Virus record (IMG/VR): IMGVR_UViG_3300046001_005126 | Coordinates: 1-55,725 of that record | Source: a virus | Lineage: Duplodnaviria > Caudoviricetes | Strand: one strand, 5' to 3' | DNA: 55,725 bases | Shown here: positions 18,948 through 28,195 of the stretch, in pieces | How positions within the stretch are numbered: position 1 is the stretch's first letter | Layout: every line of letters begins with the position of its first letter | Notes under the pieces: model-generated | What the model saw: the letters and a program-made list of their open reading frames with translations, nothing else | The model's database searches: none | What the model was told of the DNA's origin: nothing | Position numbers and translations under genes: made by a program

Positions 18948-19442
18948 ATGGATATGAGTTCGGGTTCGAGTTCATCATACTGCCATTGCTGCAACAACTG
19001 TATCTGTGGTCGTCCAGTGGGAGATATCTTGCGGGTGCTGTGGTCATCAGGAAACGGCACGCATGGCTCAGCAGCGAGAGAGTTTCTCATTTACTACGGA
19101 ATGCACGATGAGCCTGGGATCACGTGTTCCCCATTCTCACCAGACCCATTCCCGGGTTACCGTGGGAGTGTTTCTGGGACGTTCCCATTGCCAATGGGCG
19201 GAACAAGAGGCGACACTCTGGAAGTGATTTTAGTGTGTCAATGCATCGGGTGTGAGTTTTGCATATATTATCGGTGGGTAAACGATGATGCTTATCCTAC
19301 CTGGCAAGTGGTTCCTTACACCATTCTCACGTGTGACTGCCCTGCGGTCTTAGACGTGATCGGTGGTTTCACTGAAGGTAACTCTTGGGGGTATCAGGTC
19401 AGCGATGTCACTGTTTACGAGCTTGAAAGCAACTGTTTATGA
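18948..19442 (+). CDS. Cys-rich hypothetical (probable tail-associated) protein
   Basis: Abuts the previous stop; YCHCCNNCICG, CQCIGCEFC, CDC. Confidence 0.65.
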   Translation: MDMSSGSSSSYCHCCNNCICGRPVGDILRVLWSSGNGTHGSAAREFLIYYGMHDEPGITCSPFSPDPFPGYRGSVSGTFPLPMGGTRGDTLEVILVCQCIGCEFCIYYRWVNDDAYPTWQVVPYTILTCDCPAVLDVIGGFTEGNSWGYQVSDVTVYELESNCL

Positions 19443-19594
19443 GACGCCTTCTGCTTGTTCTGTTGATTCCAATTGTGTCGCAATTTGGAGTCCACTATTT
19501 CCGAATATTCGCTAAGGCAATTGGCGAGGCATCGGTCAACCAGTGGAAACAAGTGATGGTCGAAAACATTGAGAAGGAATTCCCTCGTGAGTGA
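19439..19594 (+). CDS. Small hydrophobic protein, 51 aa (not in ORF track)
   Basis: MRRLLLVLLIPIVSQFG...; ATGA coupling; fills the gap. Confidence 0.5.
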   Translation: MRRLLLVLLIPIVSQFGVHYFRIFAKAIGEASVNQWKQVMVENIEKEFPRE

Positions 19595-22223
19595 TTGCCA
19601 GTGCGAACTGACCGGATTTTGTAAGGTGCGAAACATCGCAATGAAGCGAACGCATCAAATGATTTGCCGGGAGAATAAGCATCGCATGGACGCAATTCTG
19701 GCTGGCGAGCACACTAAAAGTCACGACGAAAACAACCAAGAAAAAGTGAAAGGTGTCGGAACAGTTCTGTCGTCAATCTTCAAAACTATTGGGATTGAAT
19801 CGTCGGAAACTTGTAATTGCAGGCGATATGCAGTGGAGATGGATCGACGAGGGACGAAGTGGTGTCTTGAAAACATAGACACAATCGTAGGATGGCTGCA
19901 AGAAGAAGCTGTCGCAAGAAAACTGGTGTTCTTTCGTGCTGGTGTAAAGATTGCCTTGTATTCATTACTTAAAAGCTATTCGATATTTGAAAAGGTTCGT
20001 CCGGACAGCGGCGAGGACAGCAGGGTCTTCAGCAGGCGAGACGACGAATGGGCAGTCGCAGTCACGGCAGCACCGCGAGCCGGAGAGTACACTCTTGCCA
20101 AATGCCTGCAGTCAATAATTGCGGCTGGCTGGAGCGACCCTATTGTCTTCGCAGAGCCTGGCATCGAGGTGCCTGAAGGAATAACCACATTCCACAACCC
20201 AGAACGTCGAGGCTGCTTTCACAACTGGCTTCACAGTGCAAAATGGGCACTTGAGAATACGCAAGCTGAAATGATCCTGTGCGTTCAGGACGACTCTCTG
20301 TTCCACCCGGACAGCAGGCAGTTCACCGAGGATCACTGCTTGTGGCCCAGTGATGACACTGGGATTGTCAGTCTCTACACTGCCTCGCACTACCAAAGCG
20401 AAAAAGGGGCGATGAAAGCAGTTGGGATTAACGAAGTCTACACGGGCGTATGGTGGGGCACTTGTGCTGTCGTTTGGAGGAGATCAGCACTTGAGGCAGT
20501 GGTCAGCCATGAAATAACAAAGAACTGGCTGGGTATTTCACCACGGAAACAGGCTGATGAAACCCATAACCCTAAACTGCGAGCAAAAAGGGTCGCTGAT
20601 TATTTTGAAGGAAGAAAAAAGCAGCCGCACCTAATCAACAACAGTGACTACGTCGCTGGGCATGTTCTCAACCTGCTTGGCTTCAGGAAGTTCTTTGTAG
20701 ACCCATCCCCAGTATCACACATTGCCAAAGTCTCAACAATAAATCACGGAGGGAATAGCGGCAAGAGGAATTGCGCACGATGTGCAGACCATAAAAAACC
20801 ACTCATGTCTCAGGTTGGGACAGTTATCAACAGGATTGAAAAGGAAGAAGACATTATGGCATCAGGAAGAGGACCAAGGCCAGCAGGAGCGTCGCTAATC
20901 ATAACTCCGGGACCATCAGTTGGCGCTGTGCCGAAACATACGTTTCTGATAAGGACTTCGTTTCGAGATCCAATAGTGTCGGCCTACAGATGGAACGTCA
21001 CTCAGCATACGTTGCTCAAGTCGCTCGCATCTCAAAACAACAAAGACTTTGAGATTCAACTCATCTGTGGAGATGATGACCCGCTGCGTGAAGTGAAGTT
21101 AGCGGCATTCAGTGAAGTTGCCCCGACAACAATTGCCCCGAAGGACTGGTACAACCAGCCACACGACGGGGTGTGGAGAAGAACAACCCGAGTCGATGAC
21201 GACGACATGCTGTCGATCCGGTTCGTAGAGCTTCTGGCAGAGCAGCCGTTTGACGGAACCGAATGTCTATTCAACTTCCCGATCGGATGCCTATGGTCAG
21301 AGGGGGTGTCACATCGCTGGAATTACCCAGTGAATCAGTTCATTACCATTCAGACGAACACGCGACTGACTCCGTATCATTTTGCGCATCAATACTATCA
21401 GCAACTCCTGCCTGTTGTTGTCGTGACCGAGGAGATCCACTGGATGTGGATCAGGCACCACGGGGTACTCAGTGGGGCAACACCGGGAGCAATTCCGAAG
21501 CGGTTTACGCATGGCGTGATACAGACAAACGCAAGTCTGTTTCCGTACGACTTTGCCACCATCAAGACTGCTCTAGTCCATGATCAGTCGGCGGTCGTGA
21601 AGGTTTTGGAGTTGCGGGCGAAGTACGGACGAGTTGACAAAGATGTACTCAACATCTGCGCAAACGCGACGACTGATGAGTTAACAACACTTGCAGCGAC
21701 TTACGGAACTGACAAAGGTGTCACTGGGACTACAGACAAAAACCATCAGTACACGCTGGTCTACGATCGCCTGTTTAAGGGGATGCGAGACCAGGTCGAA
21801 CACGTCCTTGAATTCGGCGTGGGCACCGGCGCAAGTCTTCGAATGTGGGCAGACTATTTCCCTAAAGCGATGATTCACGGGCTGGACGTTAAGCGAAGAA
21901 GTGTGCCACATCCTCGGATCGTAACACACAGGTTTAACTCCATCACCCCGCTTGACACACACTTCAAGTTCTCATTGGTGATTGACGACGCGAGTCACAT
22001 ATCGAGTCACCAAAGAGTCATGTTCGAACTGCACAGCAAACATGTCAAGCCAGGAGGGTTCTATATAATTGAAGACCTTCATGCCTGCAGACTGGGTGGC
22101 AAGTATTTAAACGAATCTCCTTCAATGCTTGAAACATGCCGTCTGTGGGTGTCTACTCCGCCATTCGGATGGACGTGCCAGCTTTACGGCGACCAGTTGT
22201 GCATACTGCAGAAAGATGAATAG
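19587..22223 (+). CDS. Multidomain protein: Cys-rich N-terminus + GT-A-like domain + rhamnosyltransferase-like domain + class I SAM methyltransferase
   Basis: CNC motif; CVQDD; SLASQ...TTRVDDDD; YGTDK..HQY..VLEFGVGTGASLRMW..IDDASH..GGFYIIEDL (sugar O-methyltransferase-like). Confidence 0.78.
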   Translation: MSDCQCELTGFCKVRNIAMKRTHQMICRENKHRMDAILAGEHTKSHDENNQEKVKGVGTVLSSIFKTIGIESSETCNCRRYAVEMDRRGTKWCLENIDTIVGWLQEEAVARKLVFFRAGVKIALYSLLKSYSIFEKVRPDSGEDSRVFSRRDDEWAVAVTAAPRAGEYTLAKCLQSIIAAGWSDPIVFAEPGIEVPEGITTFHNPERRGCFHNWLHSAKWALENTQAEMILCVQDDSLFHPDSRQFTEDHCLWPSDDTGIVSLYTASHYQSEKGAMKAVGINEVYTGVWWGTCAVVWRRSALEAVVSHEITKNWLGISPRKQADETHNPKLRAKRVADYFEGRKKQPHLINNSDYVAGHVLNLLGFRKFFVDPSPVSHIAKVSTINHGGNSGKRNCARCADHKKPLMSQVGTVINRIEKEEDIMASGRGPRPAGASLIITPGPSVGAVPKHTFLIRTSFRDPIVSAYRWNVTQHTLLKSLASQNNKDFEIQLICGDDDPLREVKLAAFSEVAPTTIAPKDWYNQPHDGVWRRTTRVDDDDMLSIRFVELLAEQPFDGTECLFNFPIGCLWSEGVSHRWNYPVNQFITIQTNTRLTPYHFAHQYYQQLLPVVVVTEEIHWMWIRHHGVLSGATPGAIPKRFTHGVIQTNASLFPYDFATIKTALVHDQSAVVKVLELRAKYGRVDKDVLNICANATTDELTTLAATYGTDKGVTGTTDKNHQYTLVYDRLFKGMRDQVEHVLEFGVGTGASLRMWADYFPKAMIHGLDVKRRSVPHPRIVTHRFNSITPLDTHFKFSLVIDDASHISSHQRVMFELHSKHVKPGGFYIIEDLHACRLGGKYLNESPSMLETCRLWVSTPPFGWTCQLYGDQLCILQKDE

Positions 22224-22990
22224 TGGAAGACATAAACGCAGTTGCTGCCATGAAGACGTACAGCAGCGACGATAACGCTTCTGATCGCGAAGACATTCAC
22301 AGGGCAATCAACACATACCAGAATACATGTGGCTTGCCGCTGCATGTGTTCGACGATAGTTCATGCCCGACGTATGTCGAGTATTTGATGGGATTCAAGG
22401 GCGTTTTTCTTCACAAACATGGGGAGAATGTCGGGCCAACTGAGAACAGCAATCGCTGTATGAGTCTGTTCAAACAGTATCACGAGATCGATGCGTTAAT
22501 CCTGCTGGATGACGATATCGAGTTCCTGAAGCCTGGCTGGTCAGACCTATACCTCAATGCACTCTCAGACGAAGTTCAGCTACTGTCATTCAATGACAAA
22601 GAAATCACGCAGTCACCCGGTGTCCCGCACGGCAACTACTCACTTTCGCAATGGAGTTGTGGAGTTTGCGTGACATTGACGCGGCAATGCTGGATGAAAG
22701 CTGGAATGTATGGACCATTCCCGGAAAAGTATGGATGGTGCCATATAGAGTACAACTGGCGATGTGCGTTACTGGGGCTCATCCCAATGGATGGGTTCTA
22801 TGACGTACCTGGAATCCATAACTACATTAAGATTTCCTCTTACTTAGGAAGCGAAGAAAAGCTGCGTCAAATCGCAGTCAACTGGTCATCAGAAACAGTT
22901 CAGTTGACTGTAGATAAATACTTCGCAGGAGATCAGGAGAGATGGGATAAATTAAAGAAAATCAATCAACCACTGCGGCCAGTTAGGTAG
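22223..22990 (+). CDS. Glycosyltransferase (GT2/GT-A-like)
   Basis: VFDDSS, N.G...N.N, LLDDDIEF, G.......YGW.H.EY motifs. Confidence 0.78.
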   Translation: MEDINAVAAMKTYSSDDNASDREDIHRAINTYQNTCGLPLHVFDDSSCPTYVEYLMGFKGVFLHKHGENVGPTENSNRCMSLFKQYHEIDALILLDDDIEFLKPGWSDLYLNALSDEVQLLSFNDKEITQSPGVPHGNYSLSQWSCGVCVTLTRQCWMKAGMYGPFPEKYGWCHIEYNWRCALLGLIPMDGFYDVPGIHNYIKISSYLGSEEKLRQIAVNWSSETVQLTVDKYFAGDQERWDKLKKINQPLRPVR

Positions 22991-23126
22991 CTACATCAGA
23001 ATCACCTCGCACGATTGCAGGACCGCAGAGAGGGACAGGCAGGCTGGCATCAACGGGTTATCAGAGCAAGTCCAATCATCTCTAAGCAAATACACTGCGA
23101 TGAGGCTGGAGGCAGGCATAGCATGA
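22986..23126 (+). pseudogene. Start-less remnant paralogous to the C-terminus of the upstream glycosyltransferase
   Basis: SYIRITSH..AERDRQAGINGLSEQVQSSLSKYTA aligns with NYIKISSY..EEKLRQIAVNWSSETVQLTVDKYFA. Confidence 0.65.
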
Positions 23127-23536
23127 TCAAGGTCTACACGGGCGGAACTTTCGATTTGTTTCATGCGGGGCATGTGCGATTCCTTCGCCGGTGCGCAGAT
23201 ATCGGGTACGTGACGGTTTCAGTAAACACAGATGACTTTGTATTGCGGTATAAAGGGAAAGCCCCTGTCATCAAACTTGAGGACCGCATTGCAGTCCTTG
23301 ACGCATGCCGGTGGGTTTCATGCGTAGTGGTGAATGAAGGTGACGAAGATTCAAAAGTCGCAATTGAAAAGATTTCCCCGGATGTAATCGCGATTGGTTC
23401 TGACTGGCAGGCAAAAGACTACTGCCGACAGATGGGGTTCACATCAGAATGGCTGGAAGCCAGAAACATTGCACTGGTATACCTGCCCTATACGGATGGA
23501 ATTTCATCAACCTTGATTAAAGAGAGAATGCAATGA
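23123..23536 (+). CDS. Cytidylyltransferase (TagD/RfaE-like)
   Basis: YTGGTFDLFHAGH (HxGH), IGSDW, YTDGISST. Confidence 0.92.
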   Translation: MIKVYTGGTFDLFHAGHVRFLRRCADIGYVTVSVNTDDFVLRYKGKAPVIKLEDRIAVLDACRWVSCVVVNEGDEDSKVAIEKISPDVIAIGSDWQAKDYCRQMGFTSEWLEARNIALVYLPYTDGISSTLIKERMQ

Positions 23537-24195
23537 TTCACATTCTGATGCCGACCAGAAACAAGCCCGAAGAAATCACCAGAGTGTGCAGCGAGTTAAG
23601 CGGATCGGAGTGTCGACTGTGGCTTTACGTGGCAGATGACGACCCTAAACTCGGCGAATACCAATCATTGCGTTTACCGACTGCAGCAACAGTCGTCTTC
23701 GGAACACCACTGGGGTTCAGTCGCGGAGTGAATCATCTTGCGAGCATCGCAGCAAAACAGCCAAACGCGACTATGCTCATGCGTGCCGAGGATGACTTTT
23801 ATTTCAAGCCGGGGTGGGATAAAAAATACAAAGAAGCCATGTGGAAAGACGGCGTCGGAATGGTATGGTGTAATTATGTGATGAAGGGGCCGGAAGCAGA
23901 GCCACACACAGCAGCGATAGGACTTGGGTGGTATCGTGCGCTCGGATGGTTTTCGTTGCCTGGCGTTCAACACCACTACTGCGATAACGTGTTGCGAGAA
24001 ATTGCTGAGGCCGCTGGTCGCAGCAGATACATCCCAGAGCCGATGATTGAGCATCGGCACAACCTCAAAGATCCAAGAAAGTGTGGGCATGGCCAGCAAA
24101 TCTATGATGCAGACAAAAAAAGGTATGATCAGTGGCGGAGTGGCGAAAAAGCAGACGACTGCAGACGAATTTTCGAAGCTCGACATGGAGTCTAG
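23533..24195 (+). CDS. Glycosyltransferase (GT2-like)
   Basis: ILMPTR, ADDD, AEDD..F..GWD, HHYCDN, IEHRH. Confidence 0.78.
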   Translation: MIHILMPTRNKPEEITRVCSELSGSECRLWLYVADDDPKLGEYQSLRLPTAATVVFGTPLGFSRGVNHLASIAAKQPNATMLMRAEDDFYFKPGWDKKYKEAMWKDGVGMVWCNYVMKGPEAEPHTAAIGLGWYRALGWFSLPGVQHHYCDNVLREIAEAAGRSRYIPEPMIEHRHNLKDPRKCGHGQQIYDADKKRYDQWRSGEKADDCRRIFEARHGV

Positions 24196-24343
24196 CCTGA
24201 TTGCGGGCGAGATGATGATCAGGGTTCGCGTGACTGACGGGAAAGTGCTGACACGAGTTCAGACAAAAGAATTCCCGAACGCGGACATCGCAATCGCGGC
24301 AAAGTCAATCGAAGAACAATTGGCGACTCTGTACGCCACATAG
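24185..24343 (+). CDS. Hypothetical protein, 52 aa
   Basis: In-operon ORF overlapping the upstream stop. Confidence 0.5.
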   Translation: MESSLIAGEMMIRVRVTDGKVLTRVQTKEFPNADIAIAAKSIEEQLATLYAT

Positions 24344-24363
24344 TATTGATGGCGGCGAAATCA

Positions 24364-25098
24364 ATGACCCAGTTCGTCTATCTCAACGTCATCGGTCCCG
24401 ACAACGGCGAAGAACTCCGGCTGTCGATGGCATCCGTGCGGAAGAACTTCACAGGATCGTCGACGTTCACGATCATCGGTGAAAAGCCGAACTGGTACAC
24501 AGGGCATCACATTCCGGCTTCACGCCTGACGAAGATGCGAGAACTGCCAGGTCGCATGGCGTTCCGCGACACACAAGCGAAGATCATGCTGGCAGCGTCT
24601 CATCCGGAGATCGACGAAGAGTTCGTCTGGATGATGGATGACCAGTTCTTCCTGAAGCCAGCGTCGATCGAGGATCTCAGAGTTCTTCGGTACGATCCGT
24701 GGTATCGGACGAATTCGAAGCGTGAATGGCATCGACTGATCAAGATGACGTTCGCCGCGCTGGCTGCAAATGGCAGGTCTAACTTTCAGGCCGGCACTCA
24801 TCTTCCGCATGTCTTCGAGAAGACGAAACTGCAGCAGATGTTCGTCGAATACGGGTTCCCGAATAATTTGTACCTGTTCGAAATACTGTACGAAAATCAT
24901 TGGCAATTGGATCGCACGCCGATACCTTACGGAAGCATTTGGCAGGGTGTTCAGTATCCGCAGTTTCTGAAGAGATTGCTGAGGCCGCTGATGTCTCGCC
25001 AATTGAATGAAATTGATGCCAATGTGCTCAACTACCAGAGCAACGTATGGAGGCCGACTATGCGAGATTGGCTGAGGAACAGGTTTACGGAGGAATGA
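24364..25098 (+). CDS. Putative glycosyl/phosphotransferase (Stealth-like N-terminus)
   Basis: EELRLSMASV..N, IIGEKPNW, FVWMMDDQFF, THLP resemble the ELRYSLRS / NDD / H.P motifs. Confidence 0.6.
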   Translation: MTQFVYLNVIGPDNGEELRLSMASVRKNFTGSSTFTIIGEKPNWYTGHHIPASRLTKMRELPGRMAFRDTQAKIMLAASHPEIDEEFVWMMDDQFFLKPASIEDLRVLRYDPWYRTNSKREWHRLIKMTFAALAANGRSNFQAGTHLPHVFEKTKLQQMFVEYGFPNNLYLFEILYENHWQLDRTPIPYGSIWQGVQYPQFLKRLLRPLMSRQLNEIDANVLNYQSNVWRPTMRDWLRNRFTEE

Positions 25099-25099
25099 G

Positions 25100-26590
25100 A
25101 TGCTCAATGTTTTCACCTACTGGGAGCATGCTCCGAAAGCTCGCAAGTGGCCTTACATTGAATTTTGCCTCGACACTATTCGATCGAAGTGTTTGGACGG
25201 CTGTTTGTTCCACCATATTACTTCAGCGAATATCGAGAAGTACATCCCAGACGGGATCATTCATCCGTCATGGAAGAACATCAAAGAACTCGGTGTGAAG
25301 TCCGATTGCGTCCGCGCTGCTGTGCTGATGCAGTATGGCGGGCTTTACATTGACGCAGATACGCTGATGCTGCGATCGCCAAAGGAACTCGACACAGGGC
25401 ATGAATGCGGATTCATGACGTGGTCTACTCCGCCGCGACGGGTAATCGCTGGTTACATCTACTGCTTCCCAGGCAGCGAAGTCGCGAAGAAGTGGGTTGC
25501 GAATATCAATGCAATGCTCGAGCAGGGAAAGCATGGATGGACTGATCTTGGAGAGAGGTGCCTGACTCCTGCCGTTGATTCCAGCGAAAACACGATCAAC
25601 TGGCCTTTGGCGACATTCCTCCCAATAGAGATCGACACGGATGTCCAGCGGTTCTTTAGCAGTTCTCCGTGGAAGGCTCCGGATCAGTCAGTCGCGATTG
25701 GATTGAATCATTCTCTTATGACGAGGAAGTATGCTGGAGAAATGAGGTCTGCAGGTCACGAGAATGCGTCGTTTAAGAAAAGATCGAAGGACTCAAAGCT
25801 AACGATTCACAAGATCTTCAGCAAAAGCAGATCATCTCAGAGTCAAATGAGGATCGGAGTTTGCGTTCCAACATTCCGCAGGCCGAAACTGCTTGGGCAT
25901 TTGATCTCCTGCTTCGAAAGCCAAAAGTACGAAGACAGGCTCCTGATCGCATATGACGACCATGGAGAGATCGCTGAGTCGTCCGGCGATCGCTGGAAGA
26001 TCGTAAGTCGCAACGATCCACATGCCTCTCTAGGAGATAAGAGAAACGCGATCGCTGAGATGTTCGGCGATTCCGTCGATGCATTCGTGTTCTGGGATGA
26101 CGACGACATCTTCCTTCCTGATGCATTGTCTGCCGTGGAGAACGCACTGAGCCGATCAGACTGGTGCAGGGCGAGTCAGGTACTTGTTCGTGGAACTCGG
26201 GATCTGTCGCGGTGCAAGACTTACTGGCGCGAAGACAAGTCTGACAAAGCGTTTCAGTGTACCTGGGGGGTGACTCGTTCTGCGTTCTGGAGTGTCGGCG
26301 GGTTCGATTCTGTTTCTCTGGGAGAAGACCTTCGACTTGCAAAGAAACTGCGAGACGCGAAGATCAGCGAGGCTGACCCGATTGCAATGGGATGGAGTCC
26401 TTATGCTGTTTCATCGCCATACGGAAATGAACACTTTTCGTGGACTGTTAAGGATTACGAGAAGTGGAAGGATGTCGCAAAGTCTGACGGCGAATTCAGG
26501 GTTGCGGATCATCCATTCAGTTTGAAGATTGCAGATCATGTCAATGATCGATCTTGGAAGGGAGATTGGTATGACGACGAAGTACGATGA
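25100..26590 (+). CDS. Two-domain glycosyltransferase (GT32-like + GT2)
   Basis: SDCVRAAVLMQYGGLYIDAD; VCVPTFRR...LGDKRN...FWDDDD...GED. Confidence 0.88.
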   Translation: MLNVFTYWEHAPKARKWPYIEFCLDTIRSKCLDGCLFHHITSANIEKYIPDGIIHPSWKNIKELGVKSDCVRAAVLMQYGGLYIDADTLMLRSPKELDTGHECGFMTWSTPPRRVIAGYIYCFPGSEVAKKWVANINAMLEQGKHGWTDLGERCLTPAVDSSENTINWPLATFLPIEIDTDVQRFFSSSPWKAPDQSVAIGLNHSLMTRKYAGEMRSAGHENASFKKRSKDSKLTIHKIFSKSRSSQSQMRIGVCVPTFRRPKLLGHLISCFESQKYEDRLLIAYDDHGEIAESSGDRWKIVSRNDPHASLGDKRNAIAEMFGDSVDAFVFWDDDDIFLPDALSAVENALSRSDWCRASQVLVRGTRDLSRCKTYWREDKSDKAFQCTWGVTRSAFWSVGGFDSVSLGEDLRLAKKLRDAKISEADPIAMGWSPYAVSSPYGNEHFSWTVKDYEKWKDVAKSDGEFRVADHPFSLKIADHVNDRSWKGDWYDDEVR

Positions 26591-27278
26591 AGAGAAGCGA
26601 TTCTGGAAGGATGAGATCTCTTTTTACGTCCGATGGTTCCACGGAAGAATCAAGGAACTGTACGGCATTCCCTGTCCGAAGCAGCATGAGAAGATTCAGC
26701 GTTTCTCTTCGGAAGAACTGAATGCGATCGAGACGTGGATCAATGCCGACAAATGGCGATACTGCAAGAGACTGCATGTTGAGCCAACGTACTTCTCGGG
26801 CAAGAAAGTTCTGGAAGTTGGCTCTGGTCCGCTGGGGTTGAGTCGGTTCTTTGCTGGCGCGGAAGTGCATTATCTCGATCCACTTCATGCATGGTACTGG
26901 CAGTGCGGATACCGCAAGGTTGGATATTCAATCGAGGCGAGAATAGAAGACTGCATGCACCATCGATATGACGCTGTAATTTCAGTGAATGCAATCGATC
27001 ATGTCGATCAGTTTGAAGACGCAATCGATGCCTGTGAAATGATGTGCGACATGGACGGCGAAATCCGCATGGACATCCACTACCACGCACCAACAGTCAC
27101 AGAACCACACGTCCTGAATGACGAGATCGTCGCTGCGGCATTTAAGAGATTCGACATGAAGAAGATAGCGGAGAATCCGTCGCGAGTCTTCTATCCACGC
27201 GGTACGCATCCAGACTCCGATCGATTCGCTGTGTGGAGCAATCGCGACTACGTTTATGACGCAGTGAGGTCGCTGTGA
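26571..27278 (+). CDS. Class I SAM-dependent methyltransferase
   Basis: KKVLEVGSGP, YDAVISVNAIDHV. Confidence 0.85.
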   Translation: MTTKYDEEKRFWKDEISFYVRWFHGRIKELYGIPCPKQHEKIQRFSSEELNAIETWINADKWRYCKRLHVEPTYFSGKKVLEVGSGPLGLSRFFAGAEVHYLDPLHAWYWQCGYRKVGYSIEARIEDCMHHRYDAVISVNAIDHVDQFEDAIDACEMMCDMDGEIRMDIHYHAPTVTEPHVLNDEIVAAAFKRFDMKKIAENPSRVFYPRGTHPDSDRFAVWSNRDYVYDAVRSL

Positions 27279-28195
27279 ACCGAGAACAAGCACTTGCAAA
27301 GATGGTCGCCCCTGTCAAGAAGCGAAAGACTGCCTGGCTGAAAGGAATCATCCAGATCCACGTCACCCGCGCCTGTGATTTGGCATGCTCCAATTGCACG
27401 CAAGGATCTCAGTTCGGAGGCAAGGCCTCGTTCATTACCGAAGAAAACTTCGAGGCGGCTGTCATCAGTCTGAAGGACTATTTCGGCGTTGTGGGGATCT
27501 TCGGCGGGAATGCCGCTCTTGCTCCAAACTTCGAAGCACTCTGCCTAATCCTTGAAAAGCATATCCCGAAGAATCGTCGAGGACTCTGGTGCAACAATCC
27601 ACGAGGACACGGCAAGCTGATGCGACGGGTGTTTAACCCGAAAGTTTCGAACCTGAATGTGCATTTGGTTAAGGACGCCTACGACGAATTTAAGCGTGAC
27701 TGGCCAGAGTCAGAACCGTTCGGACTTCACCACGACTCACGTCATTCTCCCGTCTACGGATCACTGGAGAAACTGGTTCCGGACGAGTCGCAGCGATGGG
27801 ATCTCATCGGCAACTGTGCGATCAACCAGAACTGGTCGGCGATGATCTGTCAGTTCCGTGGCGAACTTCGCGGATACTTCTGCGAGATTGCTGGCGGGCA
27901 GGCGATGCTGAACCAAGAGAATCCGGAATACCCTGATACCGGAGTGAGAATCGAGGCAGGATGGTGGAAGAAGGCGATGCCGGAATACGGCGCACAAGTC
28001 GACTTTCATTGCCATCGATGTCTCGTTCCGTTGAACGGTCACGGGGCGCTGGCTCAGGCCGACAAGAAGACACAGGTCACGGAAGAGTATTCTCACCTGA
28101 AGTTAAAGTCTGGAGGAACATTCCAGATCGTCGACAGTGTCAATGACATTCTTCCCGAAGAAAATCGCATCGTGACGGAGTACCTTGGAACATGA
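27275..28195 (+). CDS. Radical SAM protein
   Basis: CDLACSNC (CxxxCxxC), FGGN, additional C-terminal Cys including CHRC. Confidence 0.88.
   Translation: MNREQALAKMVAPVKKRKTAWLKGIIQIHVTRACDLACSNCTQGSQFGGKASFITEENFEAAVISLKDYFGVVGIFGGNAALAPNFEALCLILEKHIPKNRRGLWCNNPRGHGKLMRRVFNPKVSNLNVHLVKDAYDEFKRDWPESEPFGLHHDSRHSPVYGSLEKLVPDESQRWDLIGNCAINQNWSAMICQFRGELRGYFCEIAGGQAMLNQENPEYPDTGVRIEAGWWKKAMPEYGAQVDFHCHRCLVPLNGHGALAQADKKTQVTEEYSHLKLKSGGTFQIVDSVNDILPEENRIVTEYLGT

Noticed and set aside
18022-19090. Long ORFs in other frames over the repeat (poly-DAEL, poly-MQNW/MLNCW, poly-VLHP)
   Set aside because: Shadows of the Ser tract: 12- and 15-nt units lack stops in several frames. Only the Ser frame is continuous with a coupled gene in the + strand operon.
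22800-23126. Diversity-generating retroelement TR/VR pair
   Set aside because: Differences between the copies are not adenine-specific and no reverse transcriptase is present.
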